From positions 416,001 through 480,000 of the forward strand of contig CAVVMW010000005.1 in assembly GCA_963749495.1 (NCBI GenBank): 64,000 bases of DNA, written 5' to 3'. Below are positions 42,091-52,084 of the stretch, one piece after another (position 1 is the first letter of the stretch; each line of letters begins with the position of its first letter). The position numbers and the translations under genes were made by a program. This stretch comes from an uncultured bacterium (GTDB lineage Bacteria; Verrucomicrobiota; Verrucomicrobiia; Limisphaerales; UBA8199). The notes under the pieces were generated by a model, which worked only from the letters and a program-made list of their open reading frames with translations, was not told where the DNA came from and did no database searches.

Positions 42091-44033
42091 AATTCAAGCA
42101 CATGCCGGCCGGAGCTTCGAAGAGCGCATGAGCCAGAGCGCGCAGCGCATCCAAGCCACGAGGTTCTCCGCTCCGGCAGACCAGGACTTGGGAGACGCAG
42201 GGGAAGGTCTTGCGGAATGCTTCCAGCACAACCGATTCCCGCTGGCGCAACGCCGCGCAGAGGGGACAGGCGCTCGGGGGAGTCACGAGGTTGAGAAAGA
42301 GAGTTGGCACAGGGATCTTCATCCTTTGGCAAGCCGCCATCAAGTCTCTGGTTTCTTCGAAAGCCATGACCGTCGGGATGGTGACGGCATGGAGTGCGCA
42401 CCGGCTCGAGTCGGTCAGCAGGGTTCGCCAGTGTTTCAGTTGCTTGGACACCTCGACCAGTCGTTGTGCAACCCGGGGCAGCCGGAAGATTTGCCGGTAT
42501 TTAAGGAACAGGCTAAAGAAGACTTTCAGCCAGCAATCGATCAGGTCCGGCATTTCCAGCAAACGGATGAGATGTCCGGTCGGTGCGCAGTCGAGCACCA
42601 AGGTCTGGTAACCATCCTGTTGGAGAAACTCCATGGCTTGCGTCAGGGCGATGACTTCGTCCAAGCCCGGGGGAGCAAGGTCCAGGAGTCTCTCCATGGC
42701 CTCTCGGTCAAAGGCCAGGTCCAGGCCGGCCAAAATGGACTGAAGGAACGATTTGAGTTCCTCCGCATAAAGCCGCTTGAGGGCGTTGAATTGGGCTGCG
42801 GCATCAATCTCCAAAGCGGCAAGGCCCGGGCAGACCGGCGTCGGCGCAGGGCCAACGGGTTTTTTCAGGCAGGCGGAGAGCGAATGGGCAGGGTCGGTGG
42901 AAAACAAGAGCACTTCACGGCCGGGATATTCCTGGGCCAAATGCAGGCTGGTGGCACAAGCCAAGGTGGTCTTGCCCACACCCCCTTTGCCGGCGAAAAG
43001 CAACAGAGTGGGGGTGATCGAGGGCAGTTCCGCACCCCCTTGGACGCAAGCCGGCGCGGTGTTGGCCGGCGCTTGGGAAGGGGTGCGAACCCCAGTGAGG
43101 CGGGTGACCCCTGCCCAAAACGCCCGCAGTTGCTCGGTTCCTCTGACTTCCTCACGGAAAAGCGGCACTCCCCACACGGCACGGCCGGTGAATTTGGGGT
43201 CTTGGAAAACCTTCCTCAAGGTCAGCGCCTGGAGGGCCCGTCCCTCACCACAGACCCGGCATCGGTTCTCAGGGTAGAGCCGGTTGATCACGATGTCAGT
43301 CACGGCAACTTCCATGCGTTTGAGTTCAGCCAGCACGCTGCACGTCTCCCGGTAACTGATCTCCTCAGCCAGCATGACCGGCACGAACCGGCAGCGCGCG
43401 GCATCCCGGAGCAGGGATTCCAGGCGGTGGTTTGCAGCCGCCAGATCGACCAGGAACTGCTCGATCTCGTCGAGTTGCTCGGAGCCGGTGTAAAGTTTCT
43501 TCAGATAACGGTGCTTGGAGAGCAAGGCGTGCAAGGTGCCGATCCATTTGCGGAGCAATGCAGGCATCGCCAGCAGGCGGAGCGTGTGGCCGGCGGGCGC
43601 GGTATCCACCAGGATGCACTGATGGGGGCTGGCTTCGATCCAGTGGGCGATTTCCAGCGCGGCCATCAACTCGTCGAGACCCGGCAGAGAAAGATCGACC
43701 AAGCTCTTGATGTCTTGCTGATCGAAAAATGTCCCGCGTGCGGCGATTTCCTGGAGCTTCGGGCTGTGTTGGCGCTTGAAGGCAGCCAGGCATTCCTGGG
43801 CGTCCAACTCGGTGACCTCCAGGTTCGGCGGCGGGGCGCAGCCCGCCAGGCAGTCCATCACCGAGTGGGCCGGATCCGTCGAGACCAGGAGATAAGCCCG
43901 GCCGGGAGAGTCCCGGGCCAGTTTCAGCGCGGCCGCGGTGGCGCAGGAAGTTTTCCCCACGCCACCCTTGCCGCCGAAGAGGCAAGAGTCTGAGTCCCGG
44001 GTCCGCCAGAAAGGATGGCACGGGCGCGCTCAT
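42083..44033 (-). CDS. Tandem-domain ArsA/GET3-family ATPase; frameshift at ~43981
   Basis: Two GKGGVGKT P-loops, two STDPAHS, DTAPAGH/DCAPTGH, PGLDE; CxxC at the end of each half. Confidence 0.9.
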
Positions 44034-44034
44034 G

Positions 44035-44289
44035 TCACTTTCCTTCCTCATCCCGGCGGCTCTCTGCCTCCTGGAGGCGGTCCAACTGGTCGAGCAGCAC
44101 CTTCTCGCGCGCATCGAATTCCACCTCGGTCAGCCGCCCGGTCTCCAGCATCATGTAAAGCTCGCTCAACTGGGCGGTGATCCGAGCCGGTTCAGCCGCC
44201 CGCTCCTGTTTGATGGCATTGTGGACCTGGCGGGCGGCCCAAATCGTCCCGTAGATTGGGGAGAGCAGGAGTGTGTCAATGAAGAGCAT
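44035..44289 (-). CDS. gvpG: Gas vesicle protein GvpG
   Basis: IDTLLLSPIYGTIW...L.ELYMMLETG.L.E.EFD.RE..LL. Confidence 0.9.
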   Translation of the reverse strand: MLFIDTLLLSPIYGTIWAARQVHNAIKQERAAEPARITAQLSELYMMLETGRLTEVEFDAREKVLLDQLDRLQEAESRRDEEGK

Positions 44290-45088
44290 AATGCTCGACG
44301 TGGTTGGCGTTGCCCAACTGGAGGTTCATTTCCACGAAGTTATGTGGCGCCCAGGGGCCGTTGACATCGAAGGCGAAGTTGTTGTCGAACCGCCTGGCCG
44401 CAGCCAAGACAGCCTCATCGAACTCCTTCAGGCGCTCCCGCTCCACCAGCAAGCTCAGGTTCATCACCTCCTGGACCTGGCGCGGAGGCGAGCGCTTGAT
44501 GGCGTCGCAGCACGGGGCCAGCGCCTCTTCGATTTCGCTGAAGTGGGCGTCCCGGTCTTCGGTGAGGAGCTGCTCGAAGAACCGCCCCAATTCGAGCTTC
44601 TCTTCCTGCCGCGGCTCGCGGTTTCCCCCCAGCAAGCGGTCGCGCGCCGCCCGCAGGTCCGCGTGCTGGTCAACGAAATACTCGAAGATGTTGGGCACGT
44701 CCCACACGAGCCGCAGCCCCATCTCGACTTTCCCGGCCACGCGCTCCAGTTGTTCCGAGAAGGCCTCCAGATTCAGCCCGAGCATTCGTTTCACCGCTCG
44801 GAGATCGCTCGCTATGATCCCAAAGGCCATCGGCAAGACCGTGCTCTGGAGCATGAGCCGCCGCAGGACTTCCTTATGGGCTGCCAGGTGGGAACGTTCC
44901 GGGCGGATTCTATCGCGGGAACAATCGCTCACCACGGCCGCCACCCGGCCGCAGGTCACACTGTAAACGGTGTGACCGTCAATGCCAGCGACATCGTAGC
45001 TGCGGTCGTGGCCATTTCCAATGATAGCGTAAAGGTACTTTCCATCCTCTTGAGAGACGTGGTTGGGCATGGCGCGCATAGTTGTCAT
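44276..45088 (-). CDS. gvpF: GvpF/GvpL-family protein
   Basis: KYLYAII, AAVVS, AH.EVL, TVLPMAFG, GKVEMGL, GPWAPHNFV. Confidence 0.92.
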   Translation of the reverse strand: MTTMRAMPNHVSQEDGKYLYAIIGNGHDRSYDVAGIDGHTVYSVTCGRVAAVVSDCSRDRIRPERSHLAAHKEVLRRLMLQSTVLPMAFGIIASDLRAVKRMLGLNLEAFSEQLERVAGKVEMGLRLVWDVPNIFEYFVDQHADLRAARDRLLGGNREPRQEEKLELGRFFEQLLTEDRDAHFSEIEEALAPCCDAIKRSPPRQVQEVMNLSLLVERERLKEFDEAVLAAARRFDNNFAFDVNGPWAPHNFVEMNLQLGNANHVEHYALH

Positions 45089-45110
45089 GAGTTTCCTATC
45101 CTGGCAGCAC

Positions 45111-45473
45111 TTACACGAGACCTTGTCCCTTGCACGGGAGGCAATAGAAGATCCCCTCTTCGCCCGTCTGTTCGCACTTGGCACAAGCGGCTGCCTCCGT
45201 CCGGATTTGCCCCACCCCGGTGCCTTTGCAGGCCAGACAAGTCAGGTCGCCGTTCTCGCGGCCCAAGCCGCCACAGCGCAGGCAGGTGACCACGGGAGGG
45301 GCGACGTGGATCCGGCCGGCGGGGCCGCAGACCGGACAGCGGCTGGCCGGGCCGTACTTGGGGTCTGCGCCGCGGCCCTGGCAGTAACCGCAGGCCACTA
45401 CCCTCACAAAGCGCAGAGGGCGCCGCCTTTTCGCCGCCGGTTCAAGTGGAGACGCAACGCTTGGCATGACCAT
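45111..45473 (-). CDS. DnaJ-type CxxCxGxG zinc-finger protein without J domain
   Basis: Six CxxC(xGxG) repeats; GGAAGG RBS before ATG 45473. Confidence 0.8.
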   Translation of the reverse strand: MVMPSVASPLEPAAKRRRPLRFVRVVACGYCQGRGADPKYGPASRCPVCGPAGRIHVAPPVVTCLRCGGLGRENGDLTCLACKGTGVGQIRTEAAACAKCEQTGEEGIFYCLPCKGQGLV

Positions 45474-45690
45474 ACCTTCCCTTAAGCGATGGGTCTGCGA
45501 CGCCGGCTCCACTGTTGGCTGAACCAGCGGCGACGCCTCTCCCGGCAAATCAACCGCTCATACTCGAATCCGATCCGCCCGCGGTCCAAACGAGCCTGGC
45601 GACACCCCGGTGGAGGTTCCCCCGGAGCGAAAGCTCTTGATCTGCCGCCCACTTCGAAGGTGGGCGGCACCCTTCAACGGGAGCATCGCT

Positions 45691-45909
45691 TTAAGCATAG
45701 CTCAGGCCTCCTCGTCCGGCGGGCGCGCCATCTTTCACCCCCGCTTGATCGACGCGCGGCCGCGCCTGCTTGATCGACTTGGGCTTGCCGGCCTCGAGCT
45801 GGATCTCCAAGAGGGCGCCGCAAGCGAAGCACTTGACTTGGCCTGCATAGTCGTCATACGCGTCGTCCAGGTCGAGTTTGTGCCCGCAGGAAACACAGTT
45901 AATCTTCAT
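45691..45909 (-). CDS. Small zinc-ribbon protein
   Basis: CVSCG...CFACG pair in 72 aa, inside the operon. Confidence 0.75.
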   Translation of the reverse strand: MKINCVSCGHKLDLDDAYDDYAGQVKCFACGALLEIQLEAGKPKSIKQARPRVDQAGVKDGAPAGRGGLSYA

Positions 45910-45931
45910 AGCTTGTCGTGTCTATTGGTGT

Positions 45932-46288
45932 CTATTGTCGAGGGGTGCTTGCCTGCGCTTTGCCTAGTACCTGAAACTTGAACCCGACGACGGGCCCGGC
46001 CCTGCGTGTACTCACGCCGGAGAGGCGCCGCGCGCCGGCCTGGGGCGCGGGAAGTTCTTTGAGCCGGGCGAGAAGCGCGGCTTTTTCCGCGTCAATGCGC
46101 CGCAGGCGCGCGGTGACGCTTTGCAGGCGAGTGATCAGGTTCCGGCGTTCCGTTTCACGCCGGAAGGTTTCCATCTCCAGGGCGGTAATCGCCATGTAGG
46201 CCTTATACGGAACGAGGACTTGATCGGGTGTGCGGGCGTGAGTGCGCAGGTCGGTTACGCCACGGATGACTCTGTTTGGAGGGGGCAT
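45932..46288 (-). CDS. GvpV-like coiled-coil protein
   Basis: Directly after gvpN; IRG..DLRT, Y..I..LEME..RR..E coiled coil. Confidence 0.65.
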   Translation of the reverse strand: MPPPNRVIRGVTDLRTHARTPDQVLVPYKAYMAITALEMETFRRETERRNLITRLQSVTARLRRIDAEKAALLARLKELPAPQAGARRLSGVSTRRAGPVVGFKFQVLGKAQASTPRQ

Positions 46289-47310
46289 GGGTTGGATCCT
46301 TCCTTGGCTGCGCTGGGGGTTTGCTGGCGAGGGGAGTTGTTTCGCGGGGAAGCGGGTTGGGTGCGCAGACCTTTGAGCAGAGCTTCCTCGACTTTCTGGG
46401 ACATGATGGACTGGCCGCCCCGGGTGACCTTCGCGCTTTCGGAACTCAACAAATCGCGGCAGACCCATTGGAAGACGGGCTCATCGGGCCGGGCGTGAAC
46501 CGCGCGCAAGGCCAGAACGCGGGCGATGGCGATGCAGGCCCGGATCGTCGGGCGGCTGTTGTTCACGCCGACCTGCCGTAATTCCCGCACCAGGTCGACA
46601 ATGATTTCCGCGTCCGCGCGGCCAATGCCGGAGCGGGCGAGGGTGATTCGAATCTCCGTCTCCCGGTCGTAGTGCGCCAACGGGATGGTGATCAGGCGAT
46701 CCATCAAGGCATCCTGGGTTTTGTGGACGCCGGCGTACTCCTCCGGGTTGGAGGTGAAAATGGCGCGGAATTCCCGGTGCACGTGCAAGTAGCCGCCGTT
46801 GGAGCGGCGGAGCTTCGGCAAGTTGAGGATCCTTTCGGAAAAGACGCTCAGAAAGGGGTTGTTCGCCTCGGGCCGAGACCGGTTGAACTCATCGTAGATG
46901 AGGGTGTCTCCATTCTGGCAGGCCATCGTCAGCCGGTTCTCCAGCCAGAGGGACTTCATTTCCTCCTCGGTCTTGACCACCGAATGGATGTAGTTGTCGA
47001 TGAGGGTGTGCTTCCGGTAACCGCTGTCCTGCCCGACCAGATCGGCGCTGCCGAAATCATCATCCCCATGGATCAAACTCACGGCCCGGCCGAGTTGCGC
47101 CGCCACGTGAAAGGCCAGCGTGGTTTTCCCGGTGCCCGCCGCGCCGGCAAAGTGAACCGGGTAGCCCGCTGCCAGATACGTCAAAGCCCGCCGACTGATG
47201 TCCTCCACAAACGGCGTGATGACAAAGCCCTCGCTGGGTTCCGGAAGGACCGTTTCCGGTTTCCCATTCGGGTCTTCCCTCAATCGGTGATTCAAATCGC
47301 TGTCATTCAT
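46255..47310 (-). CDS. gvpN: Gas vesicle AAA+ ATPase GvpN
   Basis: PVHFAGAAGTGKTTLA, DNYIHSVVK, YDEFNRSRPEANN, TSNPEEYAGVHKTQDALMDRL. Confidence 0.97.
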   Translation of the reverse strand: MNDSDLNHRLREDPNGKPETVLPEPSEGFVITPFVEDISRRALTYLAAGYPVHFAGAAGTGKTTLAFHVAAQLGRAVSLIHGDDDFGSADLVGQDSGYRKHTLIDNYIHSVVKTEEEMKSLWLENRLTMACQNGDTLIYDEFNRSRPEANNPFLSVFSERILNLPKLRRSNGGYLHVHREFRAIFTSNPEEYAGVHKTQDALMDRLITIPLAHYDRETEIRITLARSGIGRADAEIIVDLVRELRQVGVNNSRPTIRACIAIARVLALRAVHARPDEPVFQWVCRDLLSSESAKVTRGGQSIMSQKVEEALLKGLRTQPASPRNNSPRQQTPSAAKEGSNPCPLQTESSVA

Positions 47311-47325
47311 ACCGATACCGAAAAG

Positions 47326-47481
47326 GCAAATGTTCAGGTGGGGACACCTGGGGCAGACCTCCCCCGATGCATCGGGGGTTGCAGGGGCCTCTGGCCCCGA
47401 GCCTCGCAACTGCCAGGGACACGGAGCCGGAAGCTCCGTGAACCGGCAGACCAGAGGTCTGCCCCACACCTGAACCGTTAG
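47326..47481. mobile_element. MITE, inverted sibling of 15065-15214
   Basis: TGTTCAGGTG...CACCTGAAC ends and shared internal GGGGCAGACCTC palindrome; no clear TSD. Confidence 0.75.
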
Positions 47482-47867
47482 TGTTTTCTCCTTTTCGCTT
47501 TGGCTGCAGGCGCGGGGTCTTTCGGCACAGGGGCGGCTTCAAAGGAAACGGGTGCCGCCCCGCTCCCGGACCAGGCGCGGCGGGCGCCCGCCAGGTCTCC
47601 TTTCACCTCCTCACGGAACTCGGCCACTGTCTGGGTCACTTGGGCAACAGCCTCCTTCACGCCCGAGACGAAGCCGCCAAGTTCAGTCCGCGTCCTGTCC
47701 GCGCTCTCCGCCCGTGCCTGCCGCAGGTCGGTTTGCGCCCGGGATACGCTGTCTTTGAGGTCCGCAGTGCTTTGTGTGAGGTTGCTCCGCAGCACCATTC
47801 GGCTGTCGCGCGCGGTGGCGATTTCACCGCACAACCGGATCATATCGTTGGTTAAGTTAGTAATCAT
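47478..47867 (-). CDS. GvpC-like helical gas vesicle protein
   Basis: Position between gvpA and gvpN; amphipathic helical pattern ending AR.AW. Confidence 0.65.
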   Translation of the reverse strand: MITNLTNDMIRLCGEIATARDSRMVLRSNLTQSTADLKDSVSRAQTDLRQARAESADRTRTELGGFVSGVKEAVAQVTQTVAEFREEVKGDLAGARRAWSGSGAAPVSFEAAPVPKDPAPAAKAKRRKH

Positions 47868-47906
47868 GGCTCCACTGCCTTTCCTGCTGGATTTGGGAAT
47901 TCGTTA

Positions 47907-47950
47907 ACCTGGCGGGGCGGGAAAGCGGCGGGCTGTCCCGCCCCACAGGT
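47907..47950 (-). terminator. GC-rich stem-loop just 3' of gvpA
   Basis: GGGGCGGGA...TCCCGCCCC stem with ACCTG/CAGGT extension; no strong U-tract. Confidence 0.55.
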
Positions 47951-47966
47951 GATTGTGCTGCCCCAT

Positions 47967-48185
47967 TTAAGCCGGGGCGGCCGCTGTCGCCGTCAGTCCG
48001 ATGGCCTCGGCGTACTTGAGGTACGTCTCCACCGATGCGATGACGACGCGGGCTTCAACGGAGACCAACTCGATCCCTACCAGGGAGACCTTGGCCCAGA
48101 CATCAATGACGATGCCCTTGTCCAGGATGCGGTCCACCACCTCGGCCAGACTCGATGAGTCAGTTGATTTTGCGATTTTTGCCAT
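47967..48185 (-). CDS. gvpA: Major gas vesicle structural protein GvpA
   Basis: [54 protein letters not shown]. Confidence 0.98.
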   Translation of the reverse strand: MAKIAKSTDSSSLAEVVDRILDKGIVIDVWAKVSLVGIELVSVEARVVIASVETYLKYAEAIGLTATAAAPA

Positions 48186-48274
48186 ATCTGCTTCGATTGT
48201 TTTGTTGCTTTGTTCTTGTCAAGACAGTCCCTTTTGCCAGGAGCTACCTGAGGGTCTGTCACCTCGCTCTCTTA

Positions 48275-48291
48275 AGCCTTCTCCGTGCCAA
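48275..48291 (-). promoter_or_regulatory. Candidate sigma54 (-24/-12) promoter of gvpA
   Basis: TTGGCACGGAGAAGGCT with exact GG-N10-GC spacing, 90 bp upstream of the gvpA ATG; NtrC-type activator in the locus. Confidence 0.6.
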
Positions 48292-48418
48292 AGTCCCGGC
48301 CCAGACGAGAAACCGGCACAGGTTAAGTTGTTCGGGGGGCTTTGGAGGTTCCTGCCCGCTGAGTTTCACGGTTTCCTTCGCGACCATGGCGTCGGCGCCA
48401 TGGAACCAATTCCCTGGT

Positions 48419-49350
48419 CTAGGAAGCCCGCCCCCTGCTGAGAGCCTCTCCCAAAATAGAGAGGCTCGCACAATCAGGCTCCGCTTCGAGCGCAGGACAG
48501 AAACTATAGGGCGGCCACGGACCTGACACCGCCAGAGTCAGGCCGGGCAGGCCCTGGCCGGCGTTCAGGCGCTCGACCTGTTCCCGAAACGCGGCGGCGG
48601 CACCCTGCGGCACAAGGAAAGCCCAGTTCAAAACGATTTCCTGGGGCGTCCCGGAAATCTCGCGCGAAGGCGCGTTTCGCTCACACATCTCCGAGGCCAG
48701 CGGGAGCAATTGGGCGAGCGCGGCGCTGCAGGCTCCAGCCAGCCAGTCTGCCAATTGCGCCTTCACCTGGAGGCGCGTCTGCTGCTCCCGCAAGTACGCC
48801 AGCCCGGGCGATGCCGCGGGCGCCGCCTCGTTCTCCGCCAGCACGCGCCGCACGCACTCCTCCTCGGCCCCAGTGCGGTCCAGCGCCCCTTTGACCGCCC
48901 ATTCTTGCCGCCTGCGACGGCCTCCAGAAAACAAGTGATCCTCGAGTGATGGCGTTCGAGGTGCCGCCCCAGGACATCCAAGGAGGAGAACAAGGTGCCG
49001 AACCGGGCCGGCAAGACCCAGCCCAAGGACATGGCCTGTTCCAGCACCGCCTCGTGCCGGCAGACGCGCGGCCCCACCCAGGCGAGGTCTCGAAAACTGG
49101 AGTCGGCCGCCGGTCCGCAAAACTCGTCTCTTGGAACCAGGCTCAGGATCGCCGCCAGGTCTCCGTGGCGCCAACAAAAGGGAGAATGCTCTCCGTCGAT
49201 TCCACAACCTCCCAGGATGGTTGTGTGCGCGATGTTCGCCGGCAGGCCGGCAGACTCGCGCAATGGGGCCGCCGTGGCATCGAGCGCAAGGTCAGATCGC
49301 GCCAACCCGTAGAGATAGTAGGCGGTGGTTGGACTTTCATTCACGGCCAT
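48419..49350 (-). CDS. Second GvpF/GvpL-family protein; frameshift at ~48912
   Basis: YYLYGL, WV.PRV.RHE.V, VLPARFGTLFSS, then EWAVKG, LNWAFLV, SGPWPPYSF. Confidence 0.88.
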
Positions 49351-51537
49351 GTGAGATTCCATTCAAGGCGGCCGCCAGATCTTCCGCCGTGATGAGCGCC
49401 CTCACCGGGGCTTGCGGCTCCGGCCCCGAGCTGCCCGGGGCAGGGCACTCCGGGGCCGCCGGGTCCGAGGGCCGGCCGCGGGAACGGCTGCCTCGGCGGC
49501 GATCGCCCTGCGGACGGCGCGCAGCGCCGCCACGTTGCAGACCGACGCAATATCGGCCCCGGTGAACGCGGCGGTTTTCGCGGCCAGATCGTCAATGCGG
49601 ATCTCCGGCGCCAGGGGCTTGCCGCGGAGATGGACCTGGAAAATTTCCCGGCGCCCCGCCGCATCGGGCAGCGGAAGCTGCACCACTTCATCGAACCGGC
49701 CGGGTCGCAGGACCGCCGGGTCCAGACGATCCGGCCGGTTGGTGGCCCCCAGCACCAGCACCCCTTTGAGTTCTTCGATGCCGTCCAGTTCAGCCAGGAA
49801 TTGGCTGAGCACCCGGTCGGTCACCGGCGAGTCGGAGGAACCGGAGCCGCGCTCGGGGAGCAGGGAGTCAATCTCATCGAAGAAGATGATGCAGGGGGCC
49901 GCTTGCTTGGCTTTGCGAAACATGTCGCGTAGTTGGCGCTCAGATTCGCCTACGAACTTCGAGAGCAAGGCCGGGCCTTTGACGGAGATGAAATTGGCCT
50001 GGGTCTCGGTGGCGACGGCCTTGGCCAGGAGTGTTTTGCCGCAGCCCGGAGGGCCGGCCAGCAAGATCCCTTTTGGCGGCCGCACCCCGGCCTGCGCGAA
50101 CAGGTGCGGGTACTTGAGCGGCCAATCCACGGCTTCGATAAGTTGCTCTTTCAGGCCGGCCAACCCGCCAACGTCGGTCCAGCGCACGTTGGGCACCTCG
50201 ACAAACACCTCCCGGATGGCAGAGGGTTCGACCTCCTGCATAGCCGCCAGGAAATGCTCCATCTGCACCTCCAACGCGGCCATGCGGTCGTAAGGGATTT
50301 TGGCCAGGGAAAAGTCGATCTCGGCCAGCAGCTCCCGCAGGCAGAGCATGGCCGCCTCCCGGCAGAGCGCCTCCAAGTCCGCGCCGACGAAACCGTGGGT
50401 GATCTCCGCCAGGCGGTTCATATCCACGTCCTGGCCCAGGGGCATGCCGCGGCTGTGAATCTCCAGGATGGCCAGCCGCCCGGTCCGGTCGGGAATGGGG
50501 ATGGTGATCTCGCGGTCAAACCGGCCCGGCCGCCGCAACGCCGGATCCAGGGCGTTGGGGATGTTCGTGGCTCCGATGACAATGACGTTCTGGCGTTTGG
50601 TCAGGCCGTCCATGAGGGCCAGCAGTTGGGCCACCACACGTTTCTCGACCTCGCCCACCACCTGCTCGCGCCGCGGGGCGATGGCGTCGATCTCGTCCAG
50701 GAAAATGATGCTCGGCCCCCGGCGCGCGGCCTCCTCAAAAATCTTGCGCAGGTGCGCTTCGCTCTCGCCGTAGAACTTGTGAATGATCTCCGGCCCGCTG
50801 ACCGAGAAGAAATTGGCCTCCGTTTCGTGGGCAATGGCGCGCGCGATCAGGGTCTTGCCGCAGCCGGGCGGGCCGTGGAGCAGCACGCCTTTGGGGGCCT
50901 CGATGCCAAGCCGATCGAACACCTCGGGATGGCGCAGGGGCAGCTCGATCATCTCGCGGACCCGATGGAGCTGGAGCCTCAGCCCCCCAATGTCTTCGTA
51001 GGCGACAGCCATCCGGCCCCGTTCCTTGACTTCGGCTTTGCCGATTTCCAGTTCGGTCGCCGGGTTGATCAGCACCGCCCCGGCGGGCATTGTGCTTCCC
51101 ACCTTGAAATCCGCGCAACGGCTCCCAAACAAAGCCACCCTGACCAGATCGCCTTCCTGCACCGGCAAGCCGTCCACCAGGCTGCCAATGTAATGCAGGT
51201 CTCGCGCATCCGGCACGATCGTCAAGGGCGCCAGCGTAACGCGCTGGGCCGGACGGACGGACGTCTTGCGGACCTGGACAAACTCATCGAGGCCCGCGCC
51301 GGCGTTTTCCCGCGCCAGGCCATCCAATTGGACGCGGGATTGGCCGCGGAGTTCCCTGTAGGCCGGCATCACTTTGCAGATGGTCCTGCGCTTGCCCGCG
51401 ATCTCCACGGCATCCCCGATTTCAACCCCGAGCCGGGCCATGTCCTCCGGGCCCATCCGGGCCAGGGCGCGTCCCACGTCTTTTCCCAACGCCTCGGTGA
51501 CCTTCAGTTTTAACGAGTTCGGTTCGCCTTTTGCCAT
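49337..51537 (-). CDS. Cdc48/p97/VAT-family double-AAA+ ATPase; probable frameshift near the 3' end (~49405-49480)
   Basis: N-domain, YEDIGGL, two GPPGCGKTL, two SRH (RPGRFD); the canonical tail LITAEDLAAAL lies in a shifted frame. Confidence 0.95.
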
Positions 51538-51559
51538 GACACCCGCCTCCCGGCCGGGG

Positions 51560-52084
51560 CTATTTGAAGCACTTGATCTCCAGCACCCCGTTGTTGCACG
51601 CCAGGCGCATCTTCTGCCGTGGATAGCTGCCGGGCAGCAGGACCTCCTTGCGATATTTCTTCTCCCCCTTGGACGCCGCCAGGGTCAGCACGTCGCCCTT
51701 GACCTCGAGTTGGACATCCTGCGCGCTGATCCCCGGCATCTCCGCCACGATCAGCAGGCAGTCCTTCTCTTCGAAAAGATCCACGACCGGCTCCCGGATT
51801 TCCTGGACCACGGCCCGGCCAGTCTGTTGGTCGGTGCGGATGTTCCCAAACGACTCGACGCGCGGTGTCTGGCCGCCTAAACCAACCTTGACCGTAAAGC
51901 CGTAAATGCCCTTGATCTCCTTGCCGCCGCCGCCGATCTCTCCCTCGCGGCGCAGTTCTTCTCCTGTGTTGGCCAATTCGTTGAGTTTCTCCACCAGGCC
52001 GGACAAGCCGGACAAAATCCCCCCCAGGTGGTTGGACGCCCCGCCTTGGGGCCGATCCTCGTCGGAGTTCTTCTTATTTTTCAT
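51560..52084 (-). CDS. Hsp20/alpha-crystallin protein (GvpH-like)
   Basis: GIYGFTVKVGLG, REPVVDLFEE, VAEMPG, KYRKEVLLP, NNGVLEI. Confidence 0.9.
   Translation of the reverse strand: MKNKKNSDEDRPQGGASNHLGGILSGLSGLVEKLNELANTGEELRREGEIGGGGKEIKGIYGFTVKVGLGGQTPRVESFGNIRTDQQTGRAVVQEIREPVVDLFEEKDCLLIVAEMPGISAQDVQLEVKGDVLTLAASKGEKKYRKEVLLPGSYPRQKMRLACNNGVLEIKCFK

Noticed and set aside
42128..43993. Long antisense ORFs (also 49933-51513, 12723-14201, 52696-54000)
   Set aside because: Shadow frames of recognisable opposite-strand genes in high-GC DNA.
42083..44033. Arsenic-resistance operon (ArsA plus the ArsR remnant at 59256)
   Set aside because: No arsB/acr3/arsC/arsD; the ATPase is embedded in gvp genes and the ArsR remnant is 15 kb away and degenerate.
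45482..45698. Possible second GvpV-like gene
   Set aside because: Needs a frameshift and has only weak compositional similarity, so it is not listed as a feature.
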